From positions 1 to 26,802 of the forward strand of contig CAZTOS010000028.1 in the NCBI GenBank assembly GCA_964615185.1: 26,802 nt of DNA, read 5' to 3'. The stretch's first letter is position 1, and the number at the start of each line of letters is the position of its first letter. The notes under the pieces were generated by a model, which was given only the letters and a program-made list of their open reading frames with translations, was not told the origin of the DNA and did no database searches. This stretch comes from an uncultured Thermococci archaeon (GTDB taxonomy: Archaea; Methanobacteriota_B; Thermococci; Thermococcales; Thermococcaceae). Position numbers and translations under genes: made by a program. Shown here in pieces: positions 18,832-26,802 of this stretch.

Positions 18832-20100
18832 ATGCTTAGTGTTGAAGAACTGAAAAGGATCATCATAACACAGCGGGAAGAGATGGATGAATTCTTAAAC
18901 AGAGAAAGACTTATTGAAAGAGAAGTAGATGAGAAAAGACTGCTAAAGTTCCTTCAATATCCAAATATTTTAGCAATTCTTGGAGTTAGAAGATCTGGAA
19001 AATCCGTGTTAAGCTGGCTTTTAATGAGAGGCAAGAAATTTGGGTACATAAACTTCTTTGATGAAAGGTTGCTTGGCTTTTCACCAGAAGATTTTGAAAA
19101 GCTTGTGCAGGCATTCCACGAGCTCTACGGTGACTTAGATTATTTCGTGTTTGATGAAATACAAAGCGTGCAAGGTTGGGAGAGATTCCTCTCAAGGGTG
19201 AGAACTTCAAAGAGAGTTATAATCACTGGAAGCAGTTCAAATCTTCTCTCTGGCGAGCTTTCAACAGTCCTAACAGGTAGATATGTAATCTTTGAACTTT
19301 ATCCCTTTAGCTTTAAAGAATTTTTGGAATTTAAAGGAATAAAGCTGGAAAAAAACTGGATGTACTCCACAAAAGGAACTGCTAAGGTCAAGAAAGCGCT
19401 GGAAGAATACATCAAACTCGGTGGTTTTCCGGAAGCATTGAAGTTTGGCAGGATATATCTTCAGACCATATACAGGGATATAGTGGAAAAGGATGTGTTG
19501 TTTAGATATAAAATAAGGGATATTCAAGCACTGAGGGAATTAGCCAAGTATCTCATCTCAAACTTTTCTAAAGAGATAACTTACGGCAAACTGAAGAATT
19601 TAATCAACATCAAGGACGTGCATACGGTGAAAAATTATGTTGAATACTTGGAGAGAGCATATCTAATTTTCCAAGTTAGAAGATTCTCGTTTAAACTAAA
19701 AAGTCAGATGTTATCTCCAAGAAAAGTCTATGCTGTTGATACCGGGTTGATAAATACTGTTTCGTTTAAATTCAGCGAAAACATTGGTAGATTGATGGAA
19801 AACCTTGTTTTTTTGGAACTTTTGAGAAGGAGAAGCTACAAATTCGCAGACTATGAAATTTATTACTGGAAAGACGCTAAAGGGGAGGTAGATTTCGTCG
19901 TTAAGAGTGAAAACAAAGTTACACAGTTAATACAAGTTACGTATGAACTGAACAAAGAGAACTTCGAGAGAGAAGTTGCATCTCTGCTGAAGGCTTCAAA
20001 AGAGTTGAAATGCAAGGAACTGCTACTCATAACATGGGATCAAGAAGATACTACGAAAGAGGGTGTTAAAATAATCCCCCTATGGAAGTGGTTGCTTTAG
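18832..20100 (+). CDS. AAA+ ATPase with C-terminal restriction-endonuclease-like domain (AAA_14 + DUF4143 type)
   Basis: Walker A GVRRSGKS, Walker B FVFDEIQ, ITGSSS, GGFPE, PRKVYAVDTGL, GEVDFVV..LIQVT. TTTATAAA at 18804-18811 and no RBS suggest a leaderless start at ATG 18832. Confidence 0.88.
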   Translation: MLSVEELKRIIITQREEMDEFLNRERLIEREVDEKRLLKFLQYPNILAILGVRRSGKSVLSWLLMRGKKFGYINFFDERLLGFSPEDFEKLVQAFHELYGDLDYFVFDEIQSVQGWERFLSRVRTSKRVIITGSSSNLLSGELSTVLTGRYVIFELYPFSFKEFLEFKGIKLEKNWMYSTKGTAKVKKALEEYIKLGGFPEALKFGRIYLQTIYRDIVEKDVLFRYKIRDIQALRELAKYLISNFSKEITYGKLKNLINIKDVHTVKNYVEYLERAYLIFQVRRFSFKLKSQMLSPRKVYAVDTGLINTVSFKFSENIGRLMENLVFLELLRRRSYKFADYEIYYWKDAKGEVDFVVKSENKVTQLIQVTYELNKENFEREVASLLKASKELKCKELLLITWDQEDTTKEGVKIIPLWKWLL

Positions 20101-20109
20101 TCTCAAGGT

Positions 20110-20835
20110 TCATCTTTGATTTAATACTTTCTCTATAGCCTCATTCACGTCTTTCGCATCTTTTCCTACCATCAAAAATTCAAAATCTTTCCCATAGGCT
20201 TTTTTGTAATTCTCTACCAGAAGGCCATCGTTTACCGTGTCACCGATATAAATTCCGCTTTCTCCCTTAACAAGATGCCAAAGAGCTTTTGGATCTGGTT
20301 TAATATAAATCTCTCTTGTTACAGCGTTTTCGAAGTGGAAGCCAATGAGTTCTTCAGCTAATTTAAGCTCAAGTTTGTTCCTTCCGGTTACAACTCCAAG
20401 CTTGAATCTTTCGTTTGCCTTTTCTAAAAGCTCTCTTTTCACTATTGGTTTTTCTTTTTTCCAAAGTCCATCAAATTCAAAAATTCTGTCTTTGTAATAT
20501 TTACCGAGGTAGAAAGTGTTGAAAACCTTTTCGATGCTTTTTGGGTTAACTGCTATCCCAAATCTTGATCTTACCCATTCTATCCCCTTTCCACTTGGAA
20601 AATCCTCTACGAACTGCCGTATATCCTCAGTCAAGGCTCCGATTATCAAAGCTTCACTAACCTTAAAATCGTCTCCAAAAGCTCCTTTTCTCCTCAGCTT
20701 CCTTATAATTTCCACATCAATAGCTTTTTCTCTGCCTAGCTCCTTTAGGAAGTACTCAACTGTAAGCTTTGTCGCCAAGTCATAGCTTTCACTTACGTCA
20801 ATTAAAACCCCATCAACATCAAATATCAACCACAC
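20110..20835 (-). CDS. HAD-superfamily phosphatase, probable histidinol-phosphate phosphatase
   Basis: IFDVDGVLID (DxD motif I), VVTGR, KPDP, YIGDTVND; last gene of the his cluster, where a monofunctional HAD/DDDD HolPase is known in Thermococcus onnurineus. Confidence 0.8.
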   Translation of the reverse strand: MWLIFDVDGVLIDVSESYDLATKLTVEYFLKELGREKAIDVEIIRKLRRKGAFGDDFKVSEALIIGALTEDIRQFVEDFPSGKGIEWVRSRFGIAVNPKSIEKVFNTFYLGKYYKDRIFEFDGLWKKEKPIVKRELLEKANERFKLGVVTGRNKLELKLAEELIGFHFENAVTREIYIKPDPKALWHLVKGESGIYIGDTVNDGLLVENYKKAYGKDFEFLMVGKDAKDVNEAIEKVLNQR

Positions 20836-20849
20836 TTATTTAACCCCCA

Positions 20850-20857
20850 TTAAAACC
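20850..20857. repeat. 8-bp direct repeat copy 1 (TTAAAACC) at the vapC stop
   Basis: Identical to 21539-21546. Confidence 0.5.
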
Positions 20858-21251
20858 AGATTCTTTTTATTGGAATTCTATCAAAGTCCTCATCCTCCGT
20901 AACTATTGCCTGAAGTCCGTTGTTTTCTATCACAGCTAAATGAATGGCATCCGAAGGCTTGAGGTTGTACTTTAGCATGTTTTCTTTTGCTTTGAGGTAC
21001 TCCATAAGCCCGATGGGGAGAACCTCAACATAAGGAATTATAATATCGTCAAGCATGTTGATAGTTTCGGAATAGGGCACCTTGTATTTCTTCCTTGAGA
21101 CATGTATAACCTCATCAAGAACGAGAACATCTGTATAGAGCTTGTTGTTAGTTATAAGTTGCTTGTAAAGGGCGTCAATTTTTTCTGCAAGATTATCTGG
21201 CACATCAACGTTGAGATAAATGATGAAGCTGGCATCAAGGAATATCCTCAT
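20850..21251 (-). CDS. vapC: VapC PIN-domain toxin
   Basis: IFLDASFII, VLDEV, LKPSDAIHLA, IVTEDEDFD acidic PIN motifs; overlaps the antitoxin; RBS GGAGG (21265-21261). Confidence 0.92.
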   Translation of the reverse strand: MRIFLDASFIIYLNVDVPDNLAEKIDALYKQLITNNKLYTDVLVLDEVIHVSRKKYKVPYSETINMLDDIIIPYVEVLPIGLMEYLKAKENMLKYNLKPSDAIHLAVIENNGLQAIVTEDEDFDRIPIKRIWF

Positions 21252-21504
21252 CAAACTCATCCTCCAAGTCTATATTTCTTAGATCGCCAAGCTTGGCTTG
21301 GATCCCAACTCCTTTCATCCTCTTCCTTCTTTCTTTGAGCTTTTCCATTAGTGTTTTAACGTCGGCTGGGGCTTTGATTACTAACCCTTTATCAGTTGGT
21401 TCAATTATCACCTCACCTCCCTCTTTAATTCCGTAGGCTTCCCTGAATACCTTTGGGATAACTATCTGTCCCTTGGGTCCAACTTTGAGTCTGATACTAA
21501 CCAT
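21235..21504 (-). CDS. vapB: AbrB/MazE/SpoVT-fold antitoxin
   Basis: KVGPKGQIVIPKVFREAYGIKEGGEV swapped-hairpin motif and acidic tail; GGTGA RBS favours ATG 21504. Confidence 0.9.
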   Translation of the reverse strand: MVSIRLKVGPKGQIVIPKVFREAYGIKEGGEVIIEPTDKGLVIKAPADVKTLMEKLKERRKRMKGVGIQAKLGDLRNIDLEDEFDEDIP

Positions 21505-21525
21505 CGGTATCACCATGTTATACTT

Positions 21526-21551
21526 ATAGTTTTACTATTTAAAACCTTCCG
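21526..21551 (-). promoter_or_regulatory. vapBC promoter (GGAAGG-TTTTAAATA overlapping the hisC stop) and palindromic operator ATAGT-N3-ACTAT
   Basis: Minus strand reads CGGAAGGTTTTAAATAGTAAAACTAT; perfect 5-bp inverted repeat at 21526-21538 directly downstream of the TATA box. Confidence 0.5.
21539..21546. repeat. 8-bp direct repeat copy 2 (TTAAAACC) at the hisC stop
   Basis: Identical to 20850-20857. Confidence 0.5.
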
Positions 21552-22549
21552 ACAAACTCCTTCAAAGTTTTAATTAGCTCATCGTTTTCCTCTTTTTTGC
21601 CAACAGTAACCCTTATGTGTCCCTCCAATTGTCCGCCGAGCTTTCTCACCACGATGCTCCTCTCAAGGAGGTATTCATAGGCATCTAAGCGCATGAGTAA
21701 AAAGTTTGCCTCACTTGGATAGGCGTAGTCTTTGAGCTCTCTGTAAATACGCTCACGCTCTTTAATTATGTAATTAACTCTTTCCTTAACCAGATCATAA
21801 TGTCTCAGCATGACCTTGGCTGTTGCCATTGTTAATGAATTTAGACTGAAGGGTGATTTTATTCTGTAGAGAGCATCAACAATTTCTTCACTTGCTAAAA
21901 AGTATCCTGCTCTAACTCCAGCCAAACTGAAAGCCTTTGAAAATGTCCTTAGAATTATGAGGTTCTCATATTCAGCAAGCAAATCAATACAGCTCCTTCC
22001 TGAAAATTCTGCATATGCTTCATCTAAAACAACTGGCACTCCACTATCGAGAACCTTAAGTATCTCTTCTCTTGGCTGGGTATTGCCCGTTGGGTTGTTT
22101 GGAGAGGCTATGAAAACGATGCTCGCTTTTTTAGCTTTTTCGGCAATCATATCCCCATTTATTCTGAATTCCTTACTCAAGGGTACTTCTACGACAGGAA
22201 TTCCATTCAGCTTTGCATAGAAGTAGTACATACCAAAAGTTGGAGGCGTTGTAATTATGTATTCCCCGTCAAAGATTCTTATGAGGTAGCTCAGCAGCTC
22301 ATCTCCTCCATTTCCTACGGCAATGTTTTTTGGACTAACTCCATAAAATTCTGCTATAGCTTCCCTCAGAGGCATGGATGTTATGTGTGGGTAGCGATTG
22401 AAGGGAGTTTTTCTAAGCTCTTCAAGTATTTCCTCTTTTATTTCTGGTGGCAAGTCGAAGGGATTTTCGTTCTTGTCGAGCCAAATTTTGTAATTTCCCT
22501 CCAAAACCCTGTAAGGCTCAAAGCTTTTGATTAATTCTTGAATTTTCAC
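21539..22549 (-). CDS. hisC: Histidinol-phosphate aminotransferase
   Basis: [47 protein letters not shown]. Confidence 0.96.
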   Translation of the reverse strand: MKIQELIKSFEPYRVLEGNYKIWLDKNENPFDLPPEIKEEILEELRKTPFNRYPHITSMPLREAIAEFYGVSPKNIAVGNGGDELLSYLIRIFDGEYIITTPPTFGMYYFYAKLNGIPVVEVPLSKEFRINGDMIAEKAKKASIVFIASPNNPTGNTQPREEILKVLDSGVPVVLDEAYAEFSGRSCIDLLAEYENLIILRTFSKAFSLAGVRAGYFLASEEIVDALYRIKSPFSLNSLTMATAKVMLRHYDLVKERVNYIIKERERIYRELKDYAYPSEANFLLMRLDAYEYLLERSIVVRKLGGQLEGHIRVTVGKKEENDELIKTLKEFVGRF

Positions 22550-23166
22550 TTCCTCCGCCTCCTAAGCTCCTTCATAACTTCCCCTAAGCTTATTTCATTG
22601 TAGGCAAGCAAAACCAGCAAATGATAAAGTAAATCCGCAGTCTCGTAAATTATTCTCTCCCTTCCTTCAGCGACTAAAACCTCAATTGCCTCCTCTCCAA
22701 ACTTCTTGTAGATTTTCTCCTTCCCCTCTTTGAACAGCTTCGATGTATAGGAACCTTCTTTTGGATTCTCCTTTCGCTGCTTTATCAGCTCTTCAAGCTC
22801 TCTCAGGATTGTGAGCGAGTAGTCTATTCTGCCAACGACTTTCTCTGGTTCTCCCAGCTTTCTGTAAAAGCATGAGTAATTCCCCGTGTGGCACGCAACA
22901 CCAACTTGCTCAACGATTAAAAGCAAAGCGTCGTTGTCGCAGTCTATTCTAATCTCCTTTACTCTTTGAACGTTTCCGCTCACTTCACCCTTCATTCTAA
23001 TTCTCTTTTGACTCCTTGAATAGTAGTGGGCATAACCCGTTTCAAGCGTCTTCATTAAAGCTTCTTTGTTCATGTAAGCCAATGTTAGGACTTCGCCTTT
23101 TGTATCTTGGACAATTACTGGAACAATTCCATTTTTCCAGTTGACTTTTTCAATAAGCTCCTTCAT
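22546..23166 (-). CDS. hisIE: Bifunctional phosphoribosyl-AMP cyclohydrolase / phosphoribosyl-ATP pyrophosphatase
   Basis: [25 protein letters not shown], then [25 protein letters not shown]. Start could be 23166, 23172 or 23175. Confidence 0.96.
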   Translation of the reverse strand: MKELIEKVNWKNGIVPVIVQDTKGEVLTLAYMNKEALMKTLETGYAHYYSRSQKRIRMKGEVSGNVQRVKEIRIDCDNDALLLIVEQVGVACHTGNYSCFYRKLGEPEKVVGRIDYSLTILRELEELIKQRKENPKEGSYTSKLFKEGKEKIYKKFGEEAIEVLVAEGRERIIYETADLLYHLLVLLAYNEISLGEVMKELRRRRK

Positions 23167-23171
23167 TTTCA

Positions 23172-23927
23172 TCACTCCAATCTTATAGGGACACCTTTCT
23201 TAGATAGGTATTCTTTCAGCTCTCTAACCGTGTACTTTCCATAGTGGAATATCGAAGCTGCTAAAGCTGCCTCAGCACCTATTTTAAACGCTTCATAAAA
23301 GTGCTCTGGATTCCCAGCACCTCCAGAGGCAATAACTGGGATATCCACAGCTTCAACGATCGCTTTAGTCAGCGGAATATCAAAGCCTTGCTGAGTTCCA
23401 TCTGTGTCCATTGATGTTAAGAGTATTTCTCCAGCACCTAAGCGCTCAACTTCCTTTGCCCACTCTATAGTATCAAGTCCTCTTGCTTTTCTTCCCCCGT
23501 GAGTATAAACCTCCCAGTATTCGCCGTTCCACTTTGCGTCAATTGCTATGACTAAATTCGCACTCCCAACAACTTTTGCCGCTTCGCTTATGAGCTTGGG
23601 ATTATCAACGGCCGCTGTATTTAGGAAAACCTTATCGGCACCGCTTTTGATTATCTCCCTTATCTCTTCGACGCTCCTAATTCCTCCACCAACTGTAAAT
23701 GGGACGTAGATTTCTTCAGCTATCCTCTTAACCAAATCGAGGAGGATTTTTCTTTTTTCGTAAGATGCGGTAATATCTAAGAAAACTATCTCATCTATCC
23801 CTTCTTCCTCATAGCGCTTCGCTAATTCTATTGGGTCTCCAGCGTCGCGAATGTTTTGAAACTTTATCCCTTTGACCACTCTGCCTTCCTTTATATCTAA
23901 AGCCGCGATAATTCTCTTAGCTAACAT
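23172..23927 (-). CDS. hisF: Imidazole glycerol phosphate synthase cyclase subunit
   Basis: [62 protein letters not shown]. Confidence 0.97.
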   Translation of the reverse strand: MLAKRIIAALDIKEGRVVKGIKFQNIRDAGDPIELAKRYEEEGIDEIVFLDITASYEKRKILLDLVKRIAEEIYVPFTVGGGIRSVEEIREIIKSGADKVFLNTAAVDNPKLISEAAKVVGSANLVIAIDAKWNGEYWEVYTHGGRKARGLDTIEWAKEVERLGAGEILLTSMDTDGTQQGFDIPLTKAIVEAVDIPVIASGGAGNPEHFYEAFKIGAEAALAASIFHYGKYTVRELKEYLSKKGVPIRLE

Positions 23928-23928
23928 C

Positions 23929-24618
23929 TCAATCACCTAAGACATTTAACAGCTCTTCTAAGGTAACCTTGCCCTCGTAGAGGGCTTTTCCCACTATAGT
24001 CCCAGAGAATCCAATCTCTCTAACCTTTAGCACATCGCTTACGCTTGAGACGCCGCCAGCATAAATGAACTCCTCATTATCCCAAAAGCGCTTTATGCTT
24101 TCTATCCCAGTTAAAGTGCCATCTCTTTCGATTGCCGTGTAAATAAACCTTTTAACGTATTTTCTAAGCATTTCGTAGGCTTCCTCAACCCTCATTGAGC
24201 TCTCCTCAAGCCAACCCTTCACTGCTATCTCTCCGCCCTTGGCATCTAAGCTTACAGTAATTCCTTCAAAATCTTGTGTTACTTTTTCTAAAAATTCCAA
24301 GTCAAAGGCTTTCGTGCCAATTATGACGTTTTCGACGCCGATTTCATAAGCCTTTGCTATGCTCTCGTAATCTCTGAAGCCACCTCCAAGCTGAATCCTA
24401 AGTCCTGTCTTCTCTATTATTCGCTTAACAACATTGAGATTTTGAGGCTTTCCGCTAAAAGCTCCATCTAAGTCCACTATGTGGATTTTGTCCACGTATT
24501 CGGCGAAACCCTTAGCTATCTCCACTGGGTCACCATAAACTTTTACTTTATTCTTTCTCCCTTTGTAGAGGCGAACGGCCTTTCCATTCATTAAATCGAT
24601 AGCGGGATAAATTTTCAT
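23929..24618 (-). CDS. hisA: ProFAR isomerase
   Basis: [45 protein letters not shown]. Start at ATG 24618 or 24624 after GGAGG. Confidence 0.95.
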   Translation of the reverse strand: MKIYPAIDLMNGKAVRLYKGRKNKVKVYGDPVEIAKGFAEYVDKIHIVDLDGAFSGKPQNLNVVKRIIEKTGLRIQLGGGFRDYESIAKAYEIGVENVIIGTKAFDLEFLEKVTQDFEGITVSLDAKGGEIAVKGWLEESSMRVEEAYEMLRKYVKRFIYTAIERDGTLTGIESIKRFWDNEEFIYAGGVSSVSDVLKVREIGFSGTIVGKALYEGKVTLEELLNVLGD

Positions 24619-24620
24619 CT

Positions 24621-25211
24621 TCATATCCTCCTGAAGTTCGCTAAGAGCTTTAACCCGTTTTTGCTCGACTTTTCTGGGTGGAATTGAACCGCGTAAATAT
24701 TGTCTCTGCATACTACAGATGTAAAAATAACTTCATTGCCCTTCGACTGATAGTCTGTAACTCCCGCAATTATGCTCTCATTTGCTGGCTGGGCGTAGTA
24801 TGAGTGGACAAAGTAGAAGTATGCTCCATCCTTTATGCCTTCAAAGAGCTTGCATTCTTTCTTCTGCCACACCTGATTCCAGCCAATGTGCGGCGTTCTA
24901 ACGCCTCTAAAGCGCACAACTTTGCCTTCAAACACGCCAAGTCCTCTGCTTCCTGGACTCTCTTCACTCTCTTCAAAGAGCAGCTGAAGCCCAAGGCATA
25001 TGCCAAGGAAAGGCTTTCCGTCGGTTATGGCATCTAAGATAACTCCCCTCAAAGGCTCAAGCTTCTCCATCACAGCTCCAAAATTTCCAACGCCGGGCAA
25101 AACTATTTTCTCAGCTTTCTCTATTTCATAGGGGTCACTCGTAATGACTCCACCTAAAGCTTTTCTCACGTTGGCTAAGTTGCCGATTCCTAAATCAACT
25201 ATCGCTATCAT
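24621..25211 (-). CDS. hisH: Imidazole glycerol phosphate synthase glutaminase subunit
   Basis: LPGVGNF, GICLGLQ, PHIGWN, YFVHSY, QFHPEKS. Start at 25211 (or 25223). Confidence 0.96.
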   Translation of the reverse strand: MIAIVDLGIGNLANVRKALGGVITSDPYEIEKAEKIVLPGVGNFGAVMEKLEPLRGVILDAITDGKPFLGICLGLQLLFEESEESPGSRGLGVFEGKVVRFRGVRTPHIGWNQVWQKKECKLFEGIKDGAYFYFVHSYYAQPANESIIAGVTDYQSKGNEVIFTSVVCRDNIYAVQFHPEKSSKNGLKLLANFRRI

Positions 25212-25242
25212 GTTCCATCCCATGAAAGATAAGAGGGAAGAA

Positions 25243-25257
25243 TTTTAATCTTTGCCT
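25243..25257 (-). promoter_or_regulatory. Candidate BRE-TATA promoter for hisH
   Basis: Minus strand AGGCAAAGA-TTAAAA about 25-35 nt upstream of the hisH start codons. Confidence 0.4.
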
Positions 25258-25348
25258 TTTTTAATTGGCAGAATGTCAATTATGGTGCCAACTTTTTCAA
25301 TTGTATGGCAGTTAGCCCAAAAATAATATCAACCACTTGGAGAAATTA

Positions 25349-25795
25349 TCATTTTGATTCTTCTTGGGAATTTTCAGATATACCCTCTATGTACTTTGGA
25401 CACTCAGCATAGACAACTTCTACCACTTCACTCCAGTTGGAGGGGGTTAAAGAGATGGGTGTCCAGTTTCTCGTATCAACAACCAGTTTGTAAATTTTCC
25501 CGCCTCTACACTCATACTCGTTGGTACCTGATTTTACTAATTTGCACCCAACCCAACAAAATACAACTGCCGTGTGATTGTTTTTGTATTTGGGACATAT
25601 ACCAGCGATTTCATTCATTTTATCGGGATAAGTTTCGTTAGGAAAGTATCTAGAACAGAGTTCCTCCGCATGGAATACGATACTATGGGAGGCCGGGGGA
25701 TTTTGAGTTGTTTTCTTTTCTGAAAAATGAGCGTATGTTCCTATTAACAGCAGAAAAATGAAAATAAAAAGCAAAAACTTACGTTTTTCAACCAC
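25349..25795 (-). CDS. Hypothetical membrane-anchored/exported protein with 6 Cys
   Basis: Basic N-terminus KRK plus hydrophobic FLLFIFIFLLLIGTY segment; GTG start overlaps the upstream gene's end. Confidence 0.7.
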   Translation of the reverse strand: MVEKRKFLLFIFIFLLLIGTYAHFSEKKTTQNPPASHSIVFHAEELCSRYFPNETYPDKMNEIAGICPKYKNNHTAVVFCWVGCKLVKSGTNEYECRGGKIYKLVVDTRNWTPISLTPSNWSEVVEVVYAECPKYIEGISENSQEESK

Positions 25796-26786
25796 TTGGC
25801 ATCACCGTTATTCCTACTGGGTCTTTGGTGAAATAAAATGGCTTCCCAGACTTTTTAAACTTCTCGGCTATTTCTGTAGGAATACCAAACTTTTCGGTGT
25901 ACTTATCTATTGCATTTGGCTGAATCTTGTAGAAAGCTATTCTCTGACCTTTGTATGTGATGTAAAACTTTGTGACTTCTCCATGATATCTAAGCGTATA
26001 GTAAAATCCAATCAACTTGTTAAGTATCCTGTCTGAAAAGCTTTGCATGGATAGAACTTCTGGATCATCAGGGCTCGGTAAAACATCTATCATAACATTC
26101 CAGACAGCTGTAGAATCTGGATTATAGTTAATCCTGTCTTTGACCTTAAACTCTATAAGATGACCAGGATGTGCCTTTATGTCAAATTGGAAGTAATGAG
26201 TAGCATTTATTGTTCCATTCCAACCTCCGACATTCCAGTTGACTTCTACATAATCAGTATTTTGACCACCAGAGCTACTGCTGACTCCTACGTATAAATC
26301 CTTTAGAATCTGAGTCACACTTAAGGCAGTGCCCAATTTTTGATTCATTTGAGAGACTACAAGGTTCATTATATCCCATGCAACCTTTTTGAATGTGCTG
26401 TAATCGTGGGTTCCGGATAATGGCCATGCTCCAGCATATTCAGAATCATATGGAGCTGAAAATATGGCAAAATAATTATTACCCGCTACTTCTTCAACAC
26501 GAACTCCTGCGGTGTCAATTAATGGAAGAGGTTCCCCCCATGATGCAGTTGATTCTGCTACCGACCCAACCCTAAACACGTATACCCACTTTCCCTCCTC
26601 TGCTGGGTACATAGCTACATATTCTAATCCTGCACTATTGCAAACTTTATAAGTTCTACCACTGTATGGGTCAGTTGATGATGCACATTTAAATTGTGCC
26701 CACTTGGTCCCTTCTGGTGCTGCTGATGCAAGTGCTACTCCTAAAATCAACAACCCCAACATCAACCCAAGCATTTTCTTCCACAT
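25788..26786 (-). CDS. Hypothetical secreted protein
   Basis: Sec-type signal peptide MWKKMLGLMLGLLILGVALASA; RBS AAGGAGG upstream; 332-aa open frame with no recognised family motif. Confidence 0.8.
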   Translation of the reverse strand: MWKKMLGLMLGLLILGVALASAAPEGTKWAQFKCASSTDPYSGRTYKVCNSAGLEYVAMYPAEEGKWVYVFRVGSVAESTASWGEPLPLIDTAGVRVEEVAGNNYFAIFSAPYDSEYAGAWPLSGTHDYSTFKKVAWDIMNLVVSQMNQKLGTALSVTQILKDLYVGVSSSSGGQNTDYVEVNWNVGGWNGTINATHYFQFDIKAHPGHLIEFKVKDRINYNPDSTAVWNVMIDVLPSPDDPEVLSMQSFSDRILNKLIGFYYTLRYHGEVTKFYITYKGQRIAFYKIQPNAIDKYTEKFGIPTEIAEKFKKSGKPFYFTKDPVGITVMPSG

Positions 26787-26802
26787 TATGGTTGCCTCCT
26801 TA

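Noticed and set aside
24619..24711. Apparent 29-31 aa N-terminal extension of HisA overlapping hisH
   Set aside because: The RBS GGAGG precedes ATG 24624/24618 and the conserved fold begins at IYPAID; the extension is an ORF-caller artefact.
1085..26575. Numerous 60-135 aa ORFs antisense to or nested in recognised genes
   Set aside because: They lie opposite well-supported genes and show the Ser/Phe/Ile/Pro-rich composition of shadow frames; none has a recognisable motif.
1..26802. CRISPR arrays, tRNA/rRNA genes, transposases, integrases, inteins
   Set aside because: No spaced repeats, no extended GC-rich structured tracts and no transposase/integrase motifs were seen; protein lengths leave no room for inteins.

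Overview
Archaeal window, inferred to be Thermococcales from gene content, GGAGG/AGGTGA ribosome-binding sites and BRE-TATA promoters. It is almost entirely an amino-acid biosynthesis supercluster. Plus strand: 3' part of prephenate dehydrogenase, an ACT-domain putative regulator, a class I/II PLP aminotransferase (LysN-like), argG-argH-carA-carB, a 2-aminoadipate operon (homocitrate synthase, homoaconitase large/small, homoisocitrate dehydrogenase), and the carrier-protein operon lysW-lysX-lysY-lysZ-lysJ-lysK (lysW, 53 aa, is missing from the ORF track). An AAA_14/DUF4143-type ATPase follows. Minus strand: hisH-hisA-hisF-hisIE-hisC, a vapBC pair, and a HAD phosphatase (likely histidinol-phosphate phosphatase); two unknown exported proteins lie upstream of hisH. 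Most notable: an identically spaced inverted-repeat motif (TTT(G/A)(C/T)AAC-N25-GTTACAAA) abutting the promoters of both argG and lysW, suggesting an Arg/Lys regulon with the ACT protein as candidate regulator; an 8-bp direct repeat bracketing the vapBC cassette; a possible non-canonical start for homocitrate synthase; and Lrp/FL11-like sites upstream of the aminoadipate operon. No tRNA, rRNA, CRISPR or transposase was seen. All calls rest on motif recognition, not database searches.
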